Assembly (NCBI GenBank): GCA_023382055.1
Contig: JAMCQN010000141.1
Location: forward strand, 13,613 to 77,612
Origin: Chloroflexota bacterium
GTDB taxonomy: Bacteria; Chloroflexota; Anaerolineae; J036; Brachytrichaceae
Direction: 5' to 3'
Length of the DNA stretch: 64,000 bases
Shown: in pieces, positions 17,391-26,836 of the stretch
How the letters are laid out: each line of letters opens with the position of its first letter
Numbering within the stretch: the first letter of the stretch is position 1
Made by a program: the position numbers and the translations under genes
The notes under the pieces: model-generated
The model's input: the letters and a program-made list of their open reading frames with translations, nothing else
Database searches by the model: none
Told to the model about the DNA's origin: nothing

Positions 17391-17475
17391 AATACCCATA
17401 CGGCGTCGGGACCACGACAATGTCTCGAGCCAGGTTGCTGCAGACCATGACGTTTGCAGCAGAGAGGTACGTAGA

Positions 17476-17898
17476 ATGGTGTGCAAAAACTGTAAGATGG
17501 AACTGCCCGTGTATGCCGGTTACTGCCCCAGTTGTGGCATGAAAGTGCACAAGCCCCACGTGCACCACGAGATTGACACAACCAGAGGCCCCCGGCACGA
17601 AGCCCACGCCAGGCATGTCGATTGGCTGTTTGAGCCGGTTTATCGCGAGATAGAGCGGCGGCTGGAAGAGCCCACAGTCGACAAATCGGAACTTTTCGAT
17701 ACGGCGCGCCGGATTGAGGCCGAAGTGCTGAAGGGGAATGAAGCCAACCCCGGCAAGATCGTCCGCTGGTTGAAACTCTATGAGGAAGTCGCCCCCGATA
17801 TTCTCGGGCTGACGACGACCGCATTACTCGGCCCGGATGTGGATGTTACACCTGCGGTGCGCGATGCGATCCTGGCGTTTGCGCCGGAGCCGGCATAA
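17476..17898 (+). CDS. zinc-ribbon domain protein of unknown function
   Basis: MVCKNCKMELPVYAGYCPSCGMKV carries CxxC-x11-CxxC, followed by a charged helical tail. It has its own promoter-like and RBS-like signals. It lies antisense within an ABC operon. Confidence 0.45.
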   Translation: MVCKNCKMELPVYAGYCPSCGMKVHKPHVHHEIDTTRGPRHEAHARHVDWLFEPVYREIERRLEEPTVDKSELFDTARRIEAEVLKGNEANPGKIVRWLKLYEEVAPDILGLTTTALLGPDVDVTPAVRDAILAFAPEPA

Positions 17899-17970
17899 CC
17901 AGTCCGGCAGTCGTCCTTGCCTGACAATTGAATAACACTCGGTGCCAGGCAGCGCCTGCCCGTCTGGATA

Positions 17971-18756
17971 TCAGGCTGGCTGAAGGCGATGCGCGGGCAT
18001 GCGTCGCCGCACATCCGAACACTTTTCGTAGAAGGCAGTCAAGGTCCGGTAGCCGGTATCACCGGAAAGCGGGTTGTCAATAACCGCCGGCGTGGTATGC
18101 GGCGGCGCTCCCAGCACGAGGATATGCTGGCCCAGGAAAACGGCATCCTCGATATTGTGCGTCACGATCACCAGCGTCAGGTGATGCTCGCGCTGCAGCT
18201 CTATAGTGAGGTTCTGCAGATCCTCGCGGGTGGGCGCATCCAGCGCAGCGAATGGTTCATCCATCAGCAGAACATCGGGTTCGAGCGCCAGGGTGCGGGC
18301 TATCGCTGCGCGCTGGCGCTGGCCGCCCGATATCTGCCCGGGATAGCGGTTGCGGATCGCGCTGATGCCCAATCGCTTCAACCAGTAGTCGACGCGCTCT
18401 TTCTCAGGCGCGACCGTATGGTCTTCCGGCGCGTGTCGTCCATCCGGGCCGTAATAATTCCGCAGCTTCAGTCCCAGCGCCGCATTCTCGGCGACGGTAG
18501 CCCACGGCAGCAGGCCATATTCCTGCAACACCAGACCGGTGCGCGGGCGCGGCCGTTCGATGATCTGGCTATCGATTAGTACCTGTCCGGATGTGGGCAG
18601 GCGCAAGCCGGCCAGCATCATCAGCAATGTCGTCTTGCCGTCTCCAGACGCGCCCACAACCGCCCACGTTTCAGCGCGCTCCGCCGTCCAGTTGAAATGC
18701 TCGAATACGGCCTTACCGGCGGCATAGGCAAAAGTGACGTCGCGTAACTCAATCAT
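17971..18756 (-). CDS. ABC transporter ATP-binding protein (NitT/TauT family)
   Basis: Walker A GASGDGKTTL, signature ISGGQRQR and Walker B LLMDEPF are present. I preferred the ATG at 18756 because the TTG at 18789 lies inside a stem-loop. Confidence 0.85.
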   Translation of the reverse strand: MIELRDVTFAYAAGKAVFEHFNWTAERAETWAVVGASGDGKTTLLMMLAGLRLPTSGQVLIDSQIIERPRPRTGLVLQEYGLLPWATVAENAALGLKLRNYYGPDGRHAPEDHTVAPEKERVDYWLKRLGISAIRNRYPGQISGGQRQRAAIARTLALEPDVLLMDEPFAALDAPTREDLQNLTIELQREHHLTLVIVTHNIEDAVFLGQHILVLGAPPHTTPAVIDNPLSGDTGYRTLTAFYEKCSDVRRRMPAHRLQPA

Positions 18757-18786
18757 GGCGCGTAAGATAGCTCGATTTGGCTTGCT

Positions 18787-18825
18787 CAAACGCCAAATGC
18801 TTTATCTGATGCCGTTTGGCGTTTG
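18787..18825 (-). terminator. intercistronic stem-loop between the substrate-binding protein and ATPase genes
   Basis: CAAACGCCAAA (18787-18797) pairs perfectly with TTTGGCGTTTG (18815-18825), with a 17-nt loop. It lies just 3' of the SBP stop on the minus-strand mRNA. Confidence 0.45.
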
Positions 18826-18838
18826 AGACTCGATTTGC

Positions 18839-19786
18839 TTATTTCGGCAGGTAACTGGCATCCACCAGCTTATCGTATGCCAGCGGGCTGCTGATCAATC
18901 CTTTCCCCTGCATCCAGTCCTGCACGTCCTTGAATTGCGCTTCGGTTGGAACCGAGGCGCCGGGGAATTTCGGCAATGTGTACTTGCCTTGCAGCGGGGC
19001 AGGGATCAACTTTTTATCGGATAACACGCTACCGTACTTATCCGGCGACGCGTTAATATCGTTGACTGCCTTTTCCAGCGCAGAAAGAAATTTCTTCACC
19101 GTATTGGGCTTCGCTTTCAACGTGGCGGAACTGAATGACCATACACTGTTGCCGATTTCGTTATGAGTTCTGTCATCGGCTATCAGCACGGCGCCGGCCT
19201 GTGCGGCCAGCGACGAGAACGGATCGGGCAATGTGGCTGCCTTCAGTTTGCCTTGCTCGAGCAACTGCATGCGGTCGGTGATCTTTACGACCGGCGTGGT
19301 TTTGATATCGGATGGGCTCAACCCCTCGAGCTGCAGCAGCCGGTCGGTTACATACGCGATCACCGTGCCATCGGAGATGCCGATTTCGACGCCTTTCAGA
19401 TCGGCGGGCTTGGTGATGCCGCTGTCCTTGGCGGCATAGATCGAGTACTGTGCCGAGTCCGGCGTGGCCGTGCGGGCGAATCGCACCACGGCGATCTTCT
19501 GGGTGTTCTTGTTGTACAGCACGGTCGAAACCAGGTCGTTGATCATCCCGTCAATCTGCCCGGCCTGCATCAACTGGTCGCGCTCGGCAGCCGATGCAAC
19601 CGGCACGTACTCCACAGTGATGCCCTCGTTCTTGAAGTAGCCCTGCGAGTCAGCCACATACATCGGCAGCGCTTCCAGCACGGGCAGCAGTCCGATTTTC
19701 AGCGTAGGTGTTTCCGCCGAAGTCTGCGCGCAGGCGCCCAGCAAGGCGCTGAGTACGACCATTGTAACCAGCCATTTCTTAACCAT
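18839..19786 (-). CDS. ABC transporter substrate-binding lipoprotein (NMT1/THI5 / SsuA-like)
   Basis: The signal peptide has a lipobox (MVKKWLVTMVVLSALLGAC). The fold is a periplasmic-binding-protein type 2 family. The ATG at 19786 follows an AAGGA RBS. Confidence 0.75.
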   Translation of the reverse strand: MVKKWLVTMVVLSALLGACAQTSAETPTLKIGLLPVLEALPMYVADSQGYFKNEGITVEYVPVASAAERDQLMQAGQIDGMINDLVSTVLYNKNTQKIAVVRFARTATPDSAQYSIYAAKDSGITKPADLKGVEIGISDGTVIAYVTDRLLQLEGLSPSDIKTTPVVKITDRMQLLEQGKLKAATLPDPFSSLAAQAGAVLIADDRTHNEIGNSVWSFSSATLKAKPNTVKKFLSALEKAVNDINASPDKYGSVLSDKKLIPAPLQGKYTLPKFPGASVPTEAQFKDVQDWMQGKGLISSPLAYDKLVDASYLPK

Positions 19787-19864
19787 TATGTGAGTCCTTT
19801 GAATAGATAAAATTTGAAACATCAGCCGCCGCATAGTAACACAGTAATCCGCTTGTCCGCTCAT

Positions 19865-20728
19865 TCAGTGAACGACCACCGCCAGGAAAGTCGCCACGAA
19901 AATCGTCATGCTGATGTAGCCGTTGATATTGAAAAAGGCGACATTCAACTTTGTCAAATCGTCCGGCTTTACCAGTGAATGCTCGTAAACGAGCAGCGCG
20001 ACTACCGCCAGTATGCCCAGCCAGTAGATGAGTCCCAGCCCCATAACGATCCCGATGCCAAGAAGCATCCCAACGGTTATAACATGGCTGATTTTGGCAA
20101 GACCCAGCGCGACGGCGTTGCCCCAGCGCGCCGGGATACTATGCAGGCGCTCGACTCGGTCGAACTCGGTATCCTGGCAGGCGTAAATCAGGTCGAAACC
20201 GCCGATCCAGAAGGTGACTGCGAACAGCAGCAGCCACGCGGGCAGGTCCTGCGGCGTGAATACCGATCCTTTGATGGCGGCCCATGCGCCGATCGGCGCC
20301 AGCCCATCCGTAAAGCCCAGGATGAAATGCGATAACCAGGTGAAGCGTTTGGCGTACGCATAACCGAGCAGGAACACGATGGCGCCTGGCAACAATGCCA
20401 ATGTCAGCGGGTTGAGCTGCCACGCAGCCAGGGCCAGTATCAGCAGCGAGATAACCACGCCGATCACCACCGTCCGTAAGCTGATCTTGCCGGTCTGGAT
20501 GGGCCGGCTCGCTGTCCGTGGATTGCGCGCATCGATATGCCGGTCTGCCAGGCGGTTGAAGCCCATGCCCAGCGTGCGGGCGGACGCCATGGCGACTGTG
20601 ATCCAGAAGAACTGCGAAAGGGTGGGTAGACCATGCGCGGCCAGCACCATGCCCAGGTAGGCAAACGGGAGCGCGAAAACAGTATGCTCGAATTTAATCA
20701 GGTCGAGAAAAGCAAGCAGTTGTTTCAT
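19865..20728 (-). CDS. UbiA family aromatic prenyltransferase (menaquinone/ubiquinone branch)
   Basis: NRLADRHIDARNPRT (NxxxDxxxD) is present, along with a second Asp-rich block (YACQDTEFD). It has about 8-9 TM segments. Confidence 0.85.
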   Translation of the reverse strand: MKQLLAFLDLIKFEHTVFALPFAYLGMVLAAHGLPTLSQFFWITVAMASARTLGMGFNRLADRHIDARNPRTASRPIQTGKISLRTVVIGVVISLLILALAAWQLNPLTLALLPGAIVFLLGYAYAKRFTWLSHFILGFTDGLAPIGAWAAIKGSVFTPQDLPAWLLLFAVTFWIGGFDLIYACQDTEFDRVERLHSIPARWGNAVALGLAKISHVITVGMLLGIGIVMGLGLIYWLGILAVVALLVYEHSLVKPDDLTKLNVAFFNINGYISMTIFVATFLAVVVH

Positions 20729-20781
20729 GGTTTACAGGACATCACTCCGGCAGTGCAATGGCTATTCTACAGTCTTGCGAG

Positions 20782-22245
20782 TTACAAGCCATACTCTTTC
20801 CATCGCCGGGTTACCAGCTCTTTTACAGCAGCATCCATGACGACCTGTTGAGGCCAGCCGCGCGGATGATTATCCTCCGCGCCCTTGGCGGTGGCATCGA
20901 TGCCGATCTTGCCGCCGAATGAGTTGCGAATGGCGGAATGATCCAGTTGGTCAACGGCGCCCTCGACCACCGTGACATCGCGCTTCCAGTCTATGTTGCC
21001 CAGCACACGCCACGCTACTTCACTGAGATCATGCACGTTCACACTTTCATCGACTACGATGATGGCTTTGCTGAGCATCAACATACCCAGCCCCCAGATG
21101 CCGAACATCACTTTCTGTGGGTGGCCGGGAAAGCGTTTCTTGATCGACACGATGACGAGATTGTGGAACACGCCTTCAGCAGGCATGTTGTAGTCGACTA
21201 CTTCGCCGAGGAACAAACGCAGCAACGGCAGGAACAGGCGCTCTGTGGCCTTGCCCATCCAGTAATCTTCCATGGGCGGTATGCCGACGATAGTGGCCGG
21301 GTAAATCGCATTCTTGCGGTGCGTAATCGCGGTGACGTGAAAGACCGGGAACAGGTCGGCCGGCGTGTAGTAACCGGTATGGTCGCCGAAAGGCCCTTCC
21401 ATCTCATGCTCGTTTGGTTCAACGTAACCTTCAATCACAATCTCGGCTTCAGCAGGCGCCTCGATGGGTTGCGTCACGCACTTGACGAACTCGATCGGCT
21501 TGCCGCGCAGATAGCCCGCCAGCAGGTACTCGTCGATATTCGGCGGCAGCGGCGCCGAAGCGCACCACATCGATGCCGGATCGCCTCCCAGGGCGATGGC
21601 GCAGGGGATCTGTGGCTTGCGCGCTTCCTGCGCAACGCGTTCGTGCTCTGCGCCGCCCTTGTGGCGCTGCCAGTGCATCATCAATGAAGACTCGTCGCGC
21701 ACCTGCAGCCGGTACATGCCGACGTTGCGCACATTCGTCACGGGGTCTCGTGTGATGACCTGCATCAACGTGATGTACCGGCCTCCGTCAAGAGGCCAGC
21801 ACTTCAGAATCGGCAACGACGATAAAGCCGGCGCATCCGTAATGACGACTTCCTGGGACGGCGCCTTGCTGACCAGTTTTGGCTTGAGGCCGACCGAGCG
21901 CAGCACGTCGAACAAATCGCCGGCGCGACTCAGCGTAGCGCCCAGGCCGCGCGGCAGGCGCATGTCGATTACCTTTGCCAGGTTCTTATTAAGGTCGTCG
22001 AGATCAGCTACGTTCAAGGCGGTCGCCATGCGAGAGGCGCTGCCGAAGGCGTTGATCAGCACGCGCATATCCGAGCCTTTGACATTCTCAAATAGCAGGG
22101 CCTTGTTAGCGGATAACGGCCCTTTGGAGACGCGGTCGGTGATTTCGCTGATCTCCAGTTCGGGATCGACCTGCGCATCAATGCGAACCAGTTCGCCATC
22201 GTCTTCCAGCGCCCGTATGAAGTCACGCAGATTGCGGAATGTCAT
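20782..22245 (-). CDS. UbiD family (prFMN-dependent) decarboxylase
   Basis: MTFRNLRDFIRALEDDGELVRI is a typical UbiD N-terminus, and GPFGDHTGYY and other family blocks are present. I chose the ATG at 22245. Confidence 0.85.
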   Translation of the reverse strand: MTFRNLRDFIRALEDDGELVRIDAQVDPELEISEITDRVSKGPLSANKALLFENVKGSDMRVLINAFGSASRMATALNVADLDDLNKNLAKVIDMRLPRGLGATLSRAGDLFDVLRSVGLKPKLVSKAPSQEVVITDAPALSSLPILKCWPLDGGRYITLMQVITRDPVTNVRNVGMYRLQVRDESSLMMHWQRHKGGAEHERVAQEARKPQIPCAIALGGDPASMWCASAPLPPNIDEYLLAGYLRGKPIEFVKCVTQPIEAPAEAEIVIEGYVEPNEHEMEGPFGDHTGYYTPADLFPVFHVTAITHRKNAIYPATIVGIPPMEDYWMGKATERLFLPLLRLFLGEVVDYNMPAEGVFHNLVIVSIKKRFPGHPQKVMFGIWGLGMLMLSKAIIVVDESVNVHDLSEVAWRVLGNIDWKRDVTVVEGAVDQLDHSAIRNSFGGKIGIDATAKGAEDNHPRGWPQQVVMDAAVKELVTRRWKEYGL

Positions 22246-22255
22246 AGTGTCCAGT

Positions 22256-24181
22256 TCATACTCCAATGAATGGGGCTGCCAGAATTGCAAGCACACGCGC
22301 CGCGAACGCCGCGATAAGCGCGATGACCACGGTCAGGCCGGCGATGCTGAACATTGCCCGCGTCCCAAGCTCGCGCCGCAGCACGCTTAACGTGGCCAGG
22401 CAAGGGATATAAAACACGACGAACACGCTGAACGTGATCATCTGTTCCGGGCTGAGCACCCTTGCGAAGTTGGTGCTGCCCAGTGCCTGTCCCAGCATGA
22501 CCAGGGAGAGCTCCTTGCGCAGGATGCCGAATATCAGTGGAACACCCACCGATTGCGGGAGTCCCAGCGTCCAGGTCACCGGCCTGGCCAGCAGATCGAA
22601 GTAGGACGACAGTTTGAAATAAACCAGCAAAGAAAGTACGATGCTGCCGCCGATGAGCACGGGCCAAGCCTCAACGACGAATTCATTCACCCGGTAACGC
22701 GCCTTTTGCAGAACGGTGCGCAACGTGGGCAGGCGATAGACCGGTATCTCCATGATCAACCCGGGACTGTCCTCCGGCAGGGCGCGCGAAAGCAGCTTGC
22801 CGGTAACGGCAATGACGAACAGGTTGAACAGATATATCGCCAACGCCAGCACCGGGCCGAGATAGAATGCCACCAGCCCGAAAACGACGGCGAGGCGCGC
22901 CGCACACGGCACCAGTGTGGCCAGCGCCGCCGCCAGGTAACGGTCGCGCTTCTCTTCCAGGATGCGCGTGGACATGACGGCCGGGACATTACAACCATAA
23001 CCCAGGATAAAAGGCACTACCGCTTTACCGTGCAACCCAAGTTTGTGCATGAGTGCATCCATCAAAAATGCAATGCGCGGTAAATAGCCGATATCTTCCA
23101 GAACGCCCATGCCAACCAGAAACGGCAGCAGATAGGGCAATACGATCGCGATGCCGCCGGTGATACCCTGTATTAACCCGGTGACGATTTGAGCAAACAG
23201 CGTCCCTGGGGCGATGAAACCCAGAATATATTGTGACAGGATGTCCAGTACGGCCAGGACAGGCGGTTCGACCAGCCGTCCGAAGCCATATACGCCTTCG
23301 AAAAACAACAGCATGATCACGACCAAACAGACATACCCGAGCACGGGGTGCAACAGGATATCATCGAGGCGGTCGCGCAGACTCAGATATCGCTCGCCCT
23401 GGCGCATCACGCTGCTGACGATGCGGGATGCCTGGTTGCGCCGTTCGGTGTTGACGACCCATGCAGCCGGTTGACCGTGCGAGTGCTCAATCACATGTTG
23501 CAACGCCTGGACATTCGGCAGCAAGCCGGGAACTATGCTGCGCGCCTGCTCAACCAGTTGTGGGGTTCCTTCCAGCAGTTTGATCGCCACCAGTTCGGCT
23601 TGCAATGGCGCAAACTGACCGTCGATGCCGGCCATCGTCGCATGAATAGCATCTTCAAGGTCTTTGCTGTACCGTAATCGCTTAGGGGGCGCAGCGGCGC
23701 GCGCTGTTTCGAGCGCTGTGGTGAAAAGCAGCTTTATGCCGCGACCTTTGCTGGCTATGAGGGGGAGTACCGGCACGCCCAGCAGTTCTGCCAGTCGCGC
23801 TCCGTCGATCTGCATGCCCAGGCGAGCCGCCTCATCCATCATGTTCAGCGTGACAACCAGCGGGCGATTGAGTTCAAGCAACTCCATCGTCAGATTCAGA
23901 CCTTGCAGCAGATGCGACGCATCGATCACATTGATGATGACATCAACTTCGCGCGTGGTCAGGTAAGCCAGCGATTCTCGCTCAGCGGGGTTCATCCCGG
24001 CCAGAGTATATGTGCCGGGCAGATCGACCAGATTGACCACCTCACCCAGTACGCGTACCTTGCTTTCGGTGAATGTGACCGTAGTTCCCGAGAAATTGCC
24101 GGTTTCAGCCTTGTACCCGGCGACCTGGTTGAAGAGGGTGCTCTTGCCGCAATTCGGCTGACCGATCAGTGCGAAGCGCAT
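22256..24181 (-). CDS. feoB: ferrous iron transporter FeoB
   Basis: The N-terminal G-domain (GQPNCGKSTLFN, DLPGTYTL) is followed by a polytopic membrane domain. The ATG at 24181 overlaps the feoA end. Confidence 0.9.
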   Translation of the reverse strand: MRFALIGQPNCGKSTLFNQVAGYKAETGNFSGTTVTFTESKVRVLGEVVNLVDLPGTYTLAGMNPAERESLAYLTTREVDVIINVIDASHLLQGLNLTMELLELNRPLVVTLNMMDEAARLGMQIDGARLAELLGVPVLPLIASKGRGIKLLFTTALETARAAAPPKRLRYSKDLEDAIHATMAGIDGQFAPLQAELVAIKLLEGTPQLVEQARSIVPGLLPNVQALQHVIEHSHGQPAAWVVNTERRNQASRIVSSVMRQGERYLSLRDRLDDILLHPVLGYVCLVVIMLLFFEGVYGFGRLVEPPVLAVLDILSQYILGFIAPGTLFAQIVTGLIQGITGGIAIVLPYLLPFLVGMGVLEDIGYLPRIAFLMDALMHKLGLHGKAVVPFILGYGCNVPAVMSTRILEEKRDRYLAAALATLVPCAARLAVVFGLVAFYLGPVLALAIYLFNLFVIAVTGKLLSRALPEDSPGLIMEIPVYRLPTLRTVLQKARYRVNEFVVEAWPVLIGGSIVLSLLVYFKLSSYFDLLARPVTWTLGLPQSVGVPLIFGILRKELSLVMLGQALGSTNFARVLSPEQMITFSVFVVFYIPCLATLSVLRRELGTRAMFSIAGLTVVIALIAAFAARVLAILAAPFIGV

Positions 24182-24384
24182 TTGCCCTCCTCGACGATAA
24201 TTTTCCCTGCCACCTCGCGGCCCAGGGCGACCGAACGACCGCTGAACTCCACCAGCAATGGTCCGCCGAGGGGCGCTGCTCGGATAATGCGAAGACAATC
24301 GCCCGGCAGCAGGCCTAATTGCAGCAACTGATTGGCGAGGTCCTGTTCAGCATCGAATCGAATGACCCGTAACCATTGACCCAT
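24166..24384 (-). CDS. feoA: FeoA domain protein
   Basis: About 72 aa, MGQWLRVIRF...LGLLPGDCLRIIRAAPLGGPLLVEF (SH3-like FeoA pattern). It sits immediately upstream of feoB and overlaps it. Confidence 0.7.
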   Translation of the reverse strand: MGQWLRVIRFDAEQDLANQLLQLGLLPGDCLRIIRAAPLGGPLLVEFSGRSVALGREVAGKIIVEEGKCASH

Positions 24385-24570
24385 TGATGCCTGCAACAGC
24401 GATTCTTTATTGTTCGATGTAGTCACACTTACCTGCTGAATCCTGGCCCTGCGCCAATACGCGCATACAACGCGCGGTGTTTTGCTTACCCTCTCTGCGT
24501 GCTGATAAGTAAACACCTCGCTTACGATCCGCAACGCCGAACATCAATCTCAGTCTGATCGCTGCCTGCA

Positions 24571-25749
24571 CTAGATTACGCCCAGCTCCTTTCCAACCTG
24601 CGCGAACGCCTCAAGCCCGCGGTCCAGATCGGTTTTCTCATGCGCTGCACTGATCATGACACGGATGCGCGCCTTGCCTTTTGGCACGGTCGGGAATCCC
24701 AGCGACATGGCGAACACATCGCGTTCAAACAGGCTGCGAGAGAATTGCTGCGCCAATGGCGCTTCACCCAGCATAACCGGTGTAATCGGCGTAGCGCTGC
24801 GTCCGATATCAAAGCCAAGGCGTTTCATCTCGGTCTTGAAGTAGCCGGTATTATTCCACAACTTATCGACCCGCTCGGTTGATGCCTCCAGGATATCGAC
24901 GGCTGCCAGACAGGCTGCGGCATCGGCCGCCGTAACCGCGCTGGAAAACAGGAACGGACGCCCGCGCTGGCGCAGCCACTCTACGATTTCGCTGTGCGCG
25001 GCGACGTAGCCGCCAACCACGCCAAATGCCTTCGATAACGTGCCGATCTCGATATCGACGCGGCCATGCAGGCCGAAATGGTCGACGATCCCGCGTCCGC
25101 CGCGGCCCAGTACGCCTTCGCCGTGGGCATCATCGACCATGAGCAACAGGTTGTGCCGTTCAGTGACTTCGACGATATCCGGCAGCGGCGCTATGTCGCC
25201 GTCCATCGAGAAAACGCCGTCGGTAATGACAAGGGCGCGCCGGTATGCTCCGGCTTGTTTGATCTGGTCCTCCAGCGCTTGCGGGTTATTGTGCGCGTAG
25301 CGGATGATCCGCGCGCCTGATAAACGCGAACCGTCGATGATGCTGGCGTGGTTCAGCTCATCAGAGAAGACGACATCCTCCTTGCCGACAAGACCGGCGA
25401 CCGTCGCCAGGTTTGACGCAAAGCCCGACTGGAATGAGATTGTGTCCGCCACACCCTTGAAGGCAGCAAGCCGTTGCTCCAGCTTACGGTGCAGAGACAA
25501 CGTGCCGGCGATGGTGCGCACGGCTGCCGGGCCGACGCCATACTGATCGATCGCCTTCTGGGCAGCCATCTTAAGGCTTGGTTCGTTAGCCAGACCGAGG
25601 TAATTATTGGAGCAGAAATTCAGTACTCGCTTGCCATCGACGTTCAACCAGGCGCCTTGTGCGGAGTCAATCGTGCGGATGTTGTTGTATAGGCCCTGCT
25701 GGCGCAGGTTATCCAGTTCGTCGCGGATCCATTGTAGTTTGTCTGTCAT
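24571..25749 (-). CDS. kbl: glycine C-acetyltransferase (2-amino-3-ketobutyrate CoA ligase) / alpha-oxoamine synthase family
   Basis: [17 protein letters not shown] and the [11 protein letters not shown]-lysine block are present. It lies adjacent to a Zn-dependent dehydrogenase. Confidence 0.8.
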   Translation of the reverse strand: MTDKLQWIRDELDNLRQQGLYNNIRTIDSAQGAWLNVDGKRVLNFCSNNYLGLANEPSLKMAAQKAIDQYGVGPAAVRTIAGTLSLHRKLEQRLAAFKGVADTISFQSGFASNLATVAGLVGKEDVVFSDELNHASIIDGSRLSGARIIRYAHNNPQALEDQIKQAGAYRRALVITDGVFSMDGDIAPLPDIVEVTERHNLLLMVDDAHGEGVLGRGGRGIVDHFGLHGRVDIEIGTLSKAFGVVGGYVAAHSEIVEWLRQRGRPFLFSSAVTAADAAACLAAVDILEASTERVDKLWNNTGYFKTEMKRLGFDIGRSATPITPVMLGEAPLAQQFSRSLFERDVFAMSLGFPTVPKGKARIRVMISAAHEKTDLDRGLEAFAQVGKELGVI

Positions 25750-25849
25750 AGCGCATCACATTGTTTATCATGAAGTTTTTCAGCGTTTCCGGCGCGCTGT
25801 TAGCGTTATTCTAATTCCACAGCCCCGCGTCATCGACGCATCTGCAATG

Positions 25850-26824
25850 TTATGCGATATCCAGTAACACTTTGAGGACACCGTGTTGTTGGGCATGCTG
25901 GAAGGCGGCCAGGCCTTGATCGAGTGGATAACGCGCATGAATCAGCGGCGCTACATCGACCTGTCTGGTTGACAGCAACCGCAAGGCGGAGGCGAAAGGG
26001 CCGCAGCGCGAGCCAACCAGGGTGATCTCGTCCACGACGAGTGCCGTCAGGTTTGCGGTCGTCAATCCCTCAAATGTGCTCTTCAATACCAGCGTACCGC
26101 GCGGGCGCAGCATTCGTCGCGCCAGGTCAAAACCAGCCGAGGCGCCGGTGCACTCGACGACGATATCGTAGGCGCGCCTGCCATCCCATTCGGAAGGTAG
26201 TTGAGTCGCTATGCCACGGGCGGTCAGAATATCCAGTTTGTTCCTGTGCTTGCCCATAACCACCAGGTCGCAGCTCGTGCTTGCCAGAACTTGCGCGCAC
26301 AGTAAACCGAGTTTGCCATCGCCAAGGATGGCGACCCGATCCGTCGTTTTGACGTGCACCTGTTCGAGTATCTGGCATGCCGCCGCCAGCGGTTCGACGA
26401 ACACGGCTTCGTCGTCGCTGATGTTATTCGGCACATGATGCAGGTTCGCTATCGGCGCGCGTGTCATGTCAGAAAAAACGCCGTCGCGGCACGAAATGCC
26501 CAGCGTCGTGCGTTCCGGGTCCTGTGCGCGGGTGAAGTAATCCCGCGATGGCGAGTCGGCTGCGACACAGTTGATTTCCGCAACGACACGGTCACCGGCC
26601 TTGAAGTTATCGGCTATTCCCGGGTAATGCTCGAGTGAGTCGATGATTCCGACGAATTCGTGTCCCAGCACGCCGTGGAATCCCATGTAACCCTTCGTCA
26701 GTTCCAGGTCGGTATTGCAGATGCCCGCCCTGGTTACATTAACGAGTGCTTCGCCCGGCGCTGGCTGTGGCGCCGGGTAATTCGCAGCGTAGGCAAGCTG
26801 GTTGGTGAGTATCAGGGCGCGCAT
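25850..26824 (-). CDS. zinc-dependent medium-chain dehydrogenase (possible threonine dehydrogenase partner of Kbl)
   Basis: GICNTD and GHEFVG catalytic-Zn blocks and the GDGKLG Rossmann motif are present. The structural-Zn Cys cluster is absent. Confidence 0.65.
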   Translation of the reverse strand: MRALILTNQLAYAANYPAPQPAPGEALVNVTRAGICNTDLELTKGYMGFHGVLGHEFVGIIDSLEHYPGIADNFKAGDRVVAEINCVAADSPSRDYFTRAQDPERTTLGISCRDGVFSDMTRAPIANLHHVPNNISDDEAVFVEPLAAACQILEQVHVKTTDRVAILGDGKLGLLCAQVLASTSCDLVVMGKHRNKLDILTARGIATQLPSEWDGRRAYDIVVECTGASAGFDLARRMLRPRGTLVLKSTFEGLTTANLTALVVDEITLVGSRCGPFASALRLLSTRQVDVAPLIHARYPLDQGLAAFQHAQQHGVLKVLLDIA

Positions 26825-26836
26825 GGTTCGCCAGCG

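Noticed and set aside
17257-17475. First 73 codons of the 213-aa plus-strand ORF at 17257-17898.
   Set aside because: This part overlaps the permease start on the opposite strand and contains the promoter-like TTGACA/TACATT pair. The zinc-ribbon motif begins exactly at the internal ATG at 17476, which has an RBS.
24182-24298. N-terminal extensions proposed by the ORF track. They affect feoB (24182-24298), the UbiD-type gene (22246-22296), the permease (17340-17486), the SBP (19787-19864), mutS (58636-58689), the LTD protein (60791-60976), the deaminase-CYTH gene (34592-34636), feoA (24385-24534) and the AraA-like gene (1441-1479).
   Set aside because: The extensions have no counterpart in the respective families. 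Several overlap the upstream gene or a stem-loop, and internal ATG/GTG codons coincide with the canonical family N-termini, some with an RBS-like purine run.
24385-24570. Fur, DtxR or IdeR operator in the feoA leader.
   Set aside because: I found no match by eye to GATAATGATAATCATTATC-type or TTAGGTTAGCCTAACCTAA-type palindromes. The only feature is a small CGCGC...GCGCG inverted repeat of unclear meaning.
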